In this document: positions 8,927-12,655 of the stretch, one piece after another
How the letters are laid out: each line of letters starts with the position of its first letter
Position numbering within the stretch: position 1 is the first letter of the stretch
Assembly (NCBI GenBank): GCA_039630415.1
Contig: JBCNVB010000021.1
Coordinates: 1-12,655, forward strand
Source: a bacterium
Lineage (GTDB): Bacteria > DRYD01
Direction of reading: 5' to 3'
Length of the DNA stretch: 12,655 nucleotides
The notes under the pieces: model-generated
What the model saw: the letters and a program-made list of their open reading frames with translations, nothing else
Told to the model about the DNA's origin: nothing
The model's database searches: none
Program-made: the position numbers and the translations under genes

Positions 8927-9168
8927 TTATTTGATATCCTACTTGCTTCATTTTGTATATCCTTTTTCTTTTTTGCAATATCTTCTATTTTTTTGAGTAT
9001 GGTAAGAAAAGTAGTGGTTTTGATTGACACTTCCATTAACTGTCCTTCGTAGATATTTTCCGGTAGCTTGCTTCTAGGTACAGTCATAAATTCTCCATCT
9101 TCAAAACAAAGTTTTACCCAATAGGGATTTATCTCTGATACTACAAGTACATATCTTTTTTTTGACAT
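8923..9168 (-). CDS. DUF3006-like small protein
   Basis: EDGEFMTVPRSKLPENIYEGQLM resembles the DUF3006 core (..vP...LP....EGd.l), followed by a charged C-terminal helix. It has an ATGA overlap with lipA. Confidence 0.65.
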   Translation of the reverse strand: MSKKRYVLVVSEINPYWVKLCFEDGEFMTVPRSKLPENIYEGQLMEVSIKTTTFLTILKKIEDIAKKKKDIQNEASRISNK

Positions 9169-9180
9169 TCTGAGGAAGAG

Positions 9181-9750
9181 TTAAAATTCGAAATCTTGAA
9201 GCTTTTGCTTATCCACCTGAAGTATTATAAAGCTTTTACCTCCTGGTAACGGTGTACCACTATATCTCATTAGCTTGACAATATCCTTAATTCTGAGATA
9301 GTCTAGAATATTGTTTACTACTACTAGTTTTACTCCTATGTTTTGGGCTATCTTGAAACTATCTATATTTTCTTTTTCTATGATTTCTATTTTGAGATTT
9401 TTTGTTACTACATCATAACCTTGCAGATAGTTTTTGTAGAAGATTATCATCAATTCTGGAGATATTATGACTGAAGAGTAGATTTCATGATTAGGCAGAA
9501 GTTTAAGGTCAAGTAAATTTTTTTGGTGTAATTCTTGAAGAGCTTGGATGTATTTGTTAAGATCGGTTTGGTTTGAATTTTCCCATAATTTTCTTACATT
9601 GGTTGCGAGGTATATGTTGTCAGTTTGATATATAAACTGCCCTATTTTTTGGATAACAATGGATTGTTGCTCCGTGTAATTTGGTAATGGTTTGTAGTCG
9701 CTAATGATATCGTATTTTATTTCTTTAACTTTTTGGTGGTACATTTTCAT
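9181..9750 (-). CDS. Hypothetical protein, probable tandem winged-helix domains
   Basis: 189-aa ORF with an ATGA overlap to the upstream gene. DSFKIAQNIGVKLVVVNNILDYLRIKDIVKL followed by a Gly/Pro turn and strand fits a wHTH. YIQALQELHQKNLLDL...SVIISP fits a second wHTH. The ORF is secure, while the fold is inference. Confidence 0.6.
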   Translation of the reverse strand: MKMYHQKVKEIKYDIISDYKPLPNYTEQQSIVIQKIGQFIYQTDNIYLATNVRKLWENSNQTDLNKYIQALQELHQKNLLDLKLLPNHEIYSSVIISPELMIIFYKNYLQGYDVVTKNLKIEIIEKENIDSFKIAQNIGVKLVVVNNILDYLRIKDIVKLMRYSGTPLPGGKSFIILQVDKQKLQDFEF

Positions 9751-10304
9751 AGTCCTTTTTTGTACAAGAAAGAATAGATGGATTGGAGTACTTCACCAAA
9801 TGCTCTGGATAGTGGGTTTTTTGCTTTATCATCCATTTTGACAAGACTGTCTATGAATTCCTTTTCTCTTTGTTGGTATTCTAGTTTTATTTGATTTAGT
9901 TTAAGTTTTATTGAGGCTTCTTTTTCTGGGTCTATTTTAGAAGCTTCTTCGAGGTAATTTACTATTCTTAGTAGTTCCCCTTTATCTACCCAAATTCCTT
10001 CACATTGTTCACAGCTATCGATGTATATGTCTGATGTGTACATGTATCTGTACTTAAACATATTTGTTGAACATTTAGGGCATTGCATTTCCATATCTTG
10101 TGATTTTTCTATGTCTTTTGCTTGCGATAGAGTTTGGGTTAGTTGCTCTATTTCTTTTTTATCTACTGCTGTTGCCATTCCTAGTTCTTTTGTTTCAAAC
10201 CATATTCCACCACATGTTTGACAAACATTTATTTCTATATTTGAAAGCATTGATTGTTGTAAAGGTACTTCTTGACCTAGTGATTTACACCTAGGGCAAT
10301 ACAT
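9747..10304 (-). CDS. Protein with two zf-TFIIB-type zinc ribbons and a helical C-terminus
   Basis: Two repeats of CPxC...(I/V)xxCxxCxGIW(F/V)xxxEL: CPRC...CQTCGGIWFETKEL and CPKC...CEQCEGIWVDKGEL. RBS GGAGGT lies 4 nt before the ATG. Confidence 0.88.
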   Translation of the reverse strand: MYCPRCKSLGQEVPLQQSMLSNIEINVCQTCGGIWFETKELGMATAVDKKEIEQLTQTLSQAKDIEKSQDMEMQCPKCSTNMFKYRYMYTSDIYIDSCEQCEGIWVDKGELLRIVNYLEEASKIDPEKEASIKLKLNQIKLEYQQREKEFIDSLVKMDDKAKNPLSRAFGEVLQSIYSFLYKKGL

Positions 10305-10332
10305 TTTTACCTCCGGAAAGTATTTTTATTGT

Positions 10333-10401
10333 TTATATTTCATCGGGATAAGATAATCCTACTAGAATTAGAGCCAACGCTAATATCCACCACCAGCCCA
10401 T
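10333..10401 (-). CDS. Small ORF, 22 aa (MGWWWILALALILVGLSYPDEI), probable single-pass membrane peptide
   Basis: Translated by hand and below the ORF track cutoff. It has a strong RBS AAGGGGGTG 5 nt before the ATG, a continuous hydrophobic stretch, the same strand as its neighbours, and fills the intergenic gap. Confidence 0.65.
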   Translation of the reverse strand: MGWWWILALALILVGLSYPDEI

Positions 10402-10477
10402 TTTTTCACCCCCTTCTTTTTCTTATTTAGCTTTTAGACACTATTGTATAAATTCCTTCTGATTGAAATTTTGTGAC

Positions 10478-12325
10478 TTATGTTAAGGTTTGTGCTAGTT
10501 TATTTAGATAATAATTTTTTATAGCCTCCGATAGTGTTATATCTGAGTAGGTGAATTCTTCTTTATTTTTTTTGTAGTTCAGGTATACGTTGTATAGGTC
10601 TTTAATCCAGGGTAGAAGGAAGGTGAATAGGCCTGCGGCTGGGGCTACAGGTGTTAAAAATGGCAATTTGTATGAAAGATTGGCTATAAGCTTAGATACA
10701 CCCTGAGAAGCATCCAAAAGAAGATTACCTATAATTGATTTTTCTGGTATATTTTCACGAACGTATTTGACCGCTTTCAAGCTTTCATATATTTGCTCAA
10801 TTGAATTTATTATTCCCAGAATAAGTGCTACAGATGGGGGTAGAAATAGGAATCCCACTGGTTTATCACTTGATATTCTGTTTACCGCATTAATCCAACC
10901 CATTATCCTTGCCCAACCAGATATTTCCTCTTTGTAAGTATTGTATGCTTGATTTTTCAATGCATACATTTGATCTATAACTTTCTGTGGTAAACCCAGT
11001 TTTGTTAAAAACCTTTCAAATATATCCTTTCTGCTTATTTTTGTTAGGAATTCATCCCAGTGGGTCAGTTTAGAAAATAGTAATTCTGAGTATCCATAGT
11101 CTTTCTTAAACCCTTTAGGTATAGGGAACTTTTCGGATTTGAAATTTCCGAAATTGAAAGGCATGAAAACTGATAATCCGTTTGAATCAGGATCCAATTG
11201 CTCCTTGTATAGATTATTCTCCATATGAACCACTAAAGGATGTAGATCTACCACTTTTTGAGCTGTTTGTTTTAGAGTATCTGGTAGATCTTTTGAGCTA
11301 GATAGTAACTTAGCAAAACTAATTGCATCTCTAAGCTCTATATAAGGTTTTCTATTTGGAGTATTAGCTAAATCTTCAGCTTTATACATGAGTGGTAGTA
11401 CTTTATTTACTAAAGTTTCCTCATCTAGTTTTAAAAGCTCTTTTGACATTTCATCCCATGCTTTTATAAATTCATCTATCTTCTTGTTTGTTAGGTCAAT
11501 AGCAGAAACTTGATTACTTGCTCCCGCTAAGTTATGCATTAGGAAATATGTTTTAAGTACTGATTGAACGTCATTTGGTCCACCGTCGATTATACCTTTC
11601 ATTTCGTTAAGAAATATTGCTATGGGTATGTTTAAGGAGGGAGCAAATCCACTGGTTCCTACTAAGTAATCCGCTTTGTCTTTTAATTCAGTTATGGTTT
11701 CAATAGAAGACACTGCAGAACCATCCATAACCAATATGTCAGGCTTAACTTTAGTTTCTAGGTATACGTTTTGCATGCTTTGAGCAAGATCTTTTATATT
11801 CAACTGGGAAGAAGACTTTTTTATACCCTCATTGTCTCCAATAGTCATAACCATTAACTTATCTGAAGGATAATTTTTTATAACCCACTTGAGAGATTCT
11901 TCAAAAAACTTTGGATCCTTTATATCCACATTCTCTATTTCTTCTATAGGTTTATTTTCAAGCTCTATTTTTTTCCAAGGAAGAAGGGAAGATAAAATTA
12001 GTTTAATAATCTTGTCAGTTTCCCAGTCTTCTTTTTTCTCGATATAGAATCTTTTTACTTTTTTCCAAGTTGGTAAATAAGCTTGCACGACAATATTTAT
12101 GTTTTTATCTGAACCAACCATTTCCAAAAGTTTTAAATTAAGCATCAAATTTTTAACTGATGCATGATCTTCAGTATTTACATATAGAAAAACAGTCCAA
12201 TCTTTCTTATTCTCTTGCTTTTCAGGTTTTTGATCCTGTATTTCTTGATTTTGTATAGCAGATCTGAAAGTAATCTGATTATTTGCTATCGTGTTTATAT
12301 TATTCGTAATGCTTGGTGTTATCAT
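10478..12325 (-). CDS. Clostripain (peptidase C11)-like protein, probably catalytically inactive, with a hydrophobic C-terminal extension
   Basis: C11 scaffold motifs KDWTVFLYVN, EMVGSDKNINIVVQ, WVIKNYPSDK, KPDILVMD, IETITELKDKADYLVGT and SNGLSVFMP. The catalytic HG and DAC motifs are absent. RBS GAGAGGTGA lies upstream. Confidence 0.82.
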   Translation of the reverse strand: MITPSITNNINTIANNQITFRSAIQNQEIQDQKPEKQENKKDWTVFLYVNTEDHASVKNLMLNLKLLEMVGSDKNINIVVQAYLPTWKKVKRFYIEKKEDWETDKIIKLILSSLLPWKKIELENKPIEEIENVDIKDPKFFEESLKWVIKNYPSDKLMVMTIGDNEGIKKSSSQLNIKDLAQSMQNVYLETKVKPDILVMDGSAVSSIETITELKDKADYLVGTSGFAPSLNIPIAIFLNEMKGIIDGGPNDVQSVLKTYFLMHNLAGASNQVSAIDLTNKKIDEFIKAWDEMSKELLKLDEETLVNKVLPLMYKAEDLANTPNRKPYIELRDAISFAKLLSSSKDLPDTLKQTAQKVVDLHPLVVHMENNLYKEQLDPDSNGLSVFMPFNFGNFKSEKFPIPKGFKKDYGYSELLFSKLTHWDEFLTKISRKDIFERFLTKLGLPQKVIDQMYALKNQAYNTYKEEISGWARIMGWINAVNRISSDKPVGFLFLPPSVALILGIINSIEQIYESLKAVKYVRENIPEKSIIGNLLLDASQGVSKLIANLSYKLPFLTPVAPAAGLFTFLLPWIKDLYNVYLNYKKNKEEFTYSDITLSEAIKNYYLNKLAQTLT

Positions 12326-12346
12326 CTTATCACCTCTCGACTGATT

Positions 12347-12367
12347 ATTCTTCTTTCAATGAAGAAT
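12347..12367. promoter_or_regulatory. Perfect 7-7-7 inverted repeat ATTCTTC-N7-GAAGAAT in the divergent intergenic region, candidate operator
   Basis: The repeat is seen directly, 21 nt upstream of the C11-like start codon and between divergent genes. Its function is inferred. Confidence 0.35.
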
Positions 12368-12428
12368 GCTCTAGTAAAGTCTGAAATATTGTTAGGTTAT
12401 GTAAAAAAAATGTTAAATAGGGGTGATA

Positions 12429-12524
12429 ATGAAGCAAAAAAAATTTAGTAACGGCAAGGTGTATTTCAATATGAAAGACAATTTCTCCAATCCCGAAATT
12501 ACTAAGGGTAAAAAGTGGTTTTGA
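12429..12524 (+). CDS. 31-aa ORF (MKQKKFSNGKVYFNMKDNFSNPEITKGKKWF), either a leader ORF or the frameshifted N-terminus of the next gene
   Basis: AGGGGTGA lies immediately upstream of ATG 12429 (short spacing), resembling the GGTGA-type RBSs elsewhere in the window. It ends at TGA 12522-12524 and overlaps the next frame. Confidence 0.45.
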   Translation: MKQKKFSNGKVYFNMKDNFSNPEITKGKKWF

Positions 12525-12655
12525 TAATGATGTCGATCGCACTGTTCGGTTTGACAAAAACAAACTTCAAAACAAACCATGAATACATCGTTGAACAGAA
12601 TATGGTCAACAATGCAGAAAGTGCTATGCAAGTAGTAGCCTTCATCATCCAACAA
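12515..12655 (+). CDS. Partial ORF resembling a PilX-type / minor pilin N-terminal helix (runs off the right edge)
   Basis: The frame is open from GTG 12515 to the window end: VVLIMMSIALFGLTKTNFKTNHEYIVEQNMVNNAESAMQVVAFIIQQ. A hydrophobic segment followed about 20 residues later by AESAM matches the PilX-N 'AEsg/al' pattern. AAGGGT lies 5 nt before the GTG. Confidence 0.5.
   Translation, partial: MVLIMMSIALFGLTKTNFKTNHEYIVEQNMVNNAESAMQVVAFIIQQ

Noticed and set aside
4625..10294. Short plus-strand ORFs in the track (4625-4873, 6236-6442, 7358-7594, 7808-8107, 8443-8646, 8864-9052, 10021-10221, 10100-10294)
   Set aside because: All lie antisense to well-supported minus-strand genes and show no recognisable motif, so they are shadow ORFs.
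10305..10401. Classical trp transcription attenuator
   Set aside because: No GC-rich terminator hairpin with a U-tract follows the WWW peptide, and no trp biosynthesis genes lie downstream.
10417..10477. Intrinsic terminator or sigma70 promoter between the C11-like gene and the small ORF
   Set aside because: There is no convincing hairpin. A TACAAT -10-like hexamer exists on the minus strand but has no correctly spaced -35.
12389..12420. Sigma70-like TTGTTA...TTAAAT promoter and sigma28-like elements
   Set aside because: The matches are poor in AT-rich DNA, and the implied transcription start would fall within the RBS.
12215..12448. 77-aa plus-strand ORF
   Set aside because: It overlaps the C11-like gene antisense and runs through the intergenic region, with no recognisable motif.
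12345..12655. Minus-strand ORFs 12345-12563 and 12413-12655
   Set aside because: They have atypical composition (the longer one is Cys/His/Phe-rich) and no family signal. The plus strand has SD-led starts and a protein-like frame, although a minus-strand gene entering from outside the window cannot be fully excluded.
1..12655. CRISPR arrays, tRNA/rRNA genes, transposases, integrases
   Set aside because: I saw no spaced direct repeats, cloverleaf or rRNA-like GC-rich segments, or recombinase motifs. Nearly all sequence is explained by CDSs.

Overview
An AT-rich (roughly 30% GC by eye), very gene-dense bacterial chromosomal segment. It is probably from a thermophile, because it encodes reverse gyrase. 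Almost everything is on the minus strand in one tightly packed run. In transcription order the run is: a clostripain (peptidase C11)-like protein that appears to have lost both catalytic residues, an unannotated 22-aa Trp-rich hydrophobic small ORF with a strong RBS, a double zf-TFIIB zinc-ribbon protein, a probable tandem winged-helix protein, a DUF3006-like protein, lipA, fumC, an orphan class B PBP (FtsI/SpoVD-like), an HMG-CoA lyase-family enzyme, reverse gyrase, tmk, and the start of a probable secreted or membrane protein at the left edge. At the right edge a divergent plus-strand unit begins, with a 31-aa ORF overlapping a PilX-like reading frame that runs off the window. I saw no RNA genes, mobile elements or CRISPR arrays. 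The most notable items are the reverse gyrase lacking its N-terminal zinc finger and carrying an acidic insertion, the C11 pseudo-protease, the uncharacterised small-peptide / zinc-ribbon / winged-helix / DUF3006 module, and the split pilin-like gene. All family assignments come from recognising motifs by eye, not from database searches.
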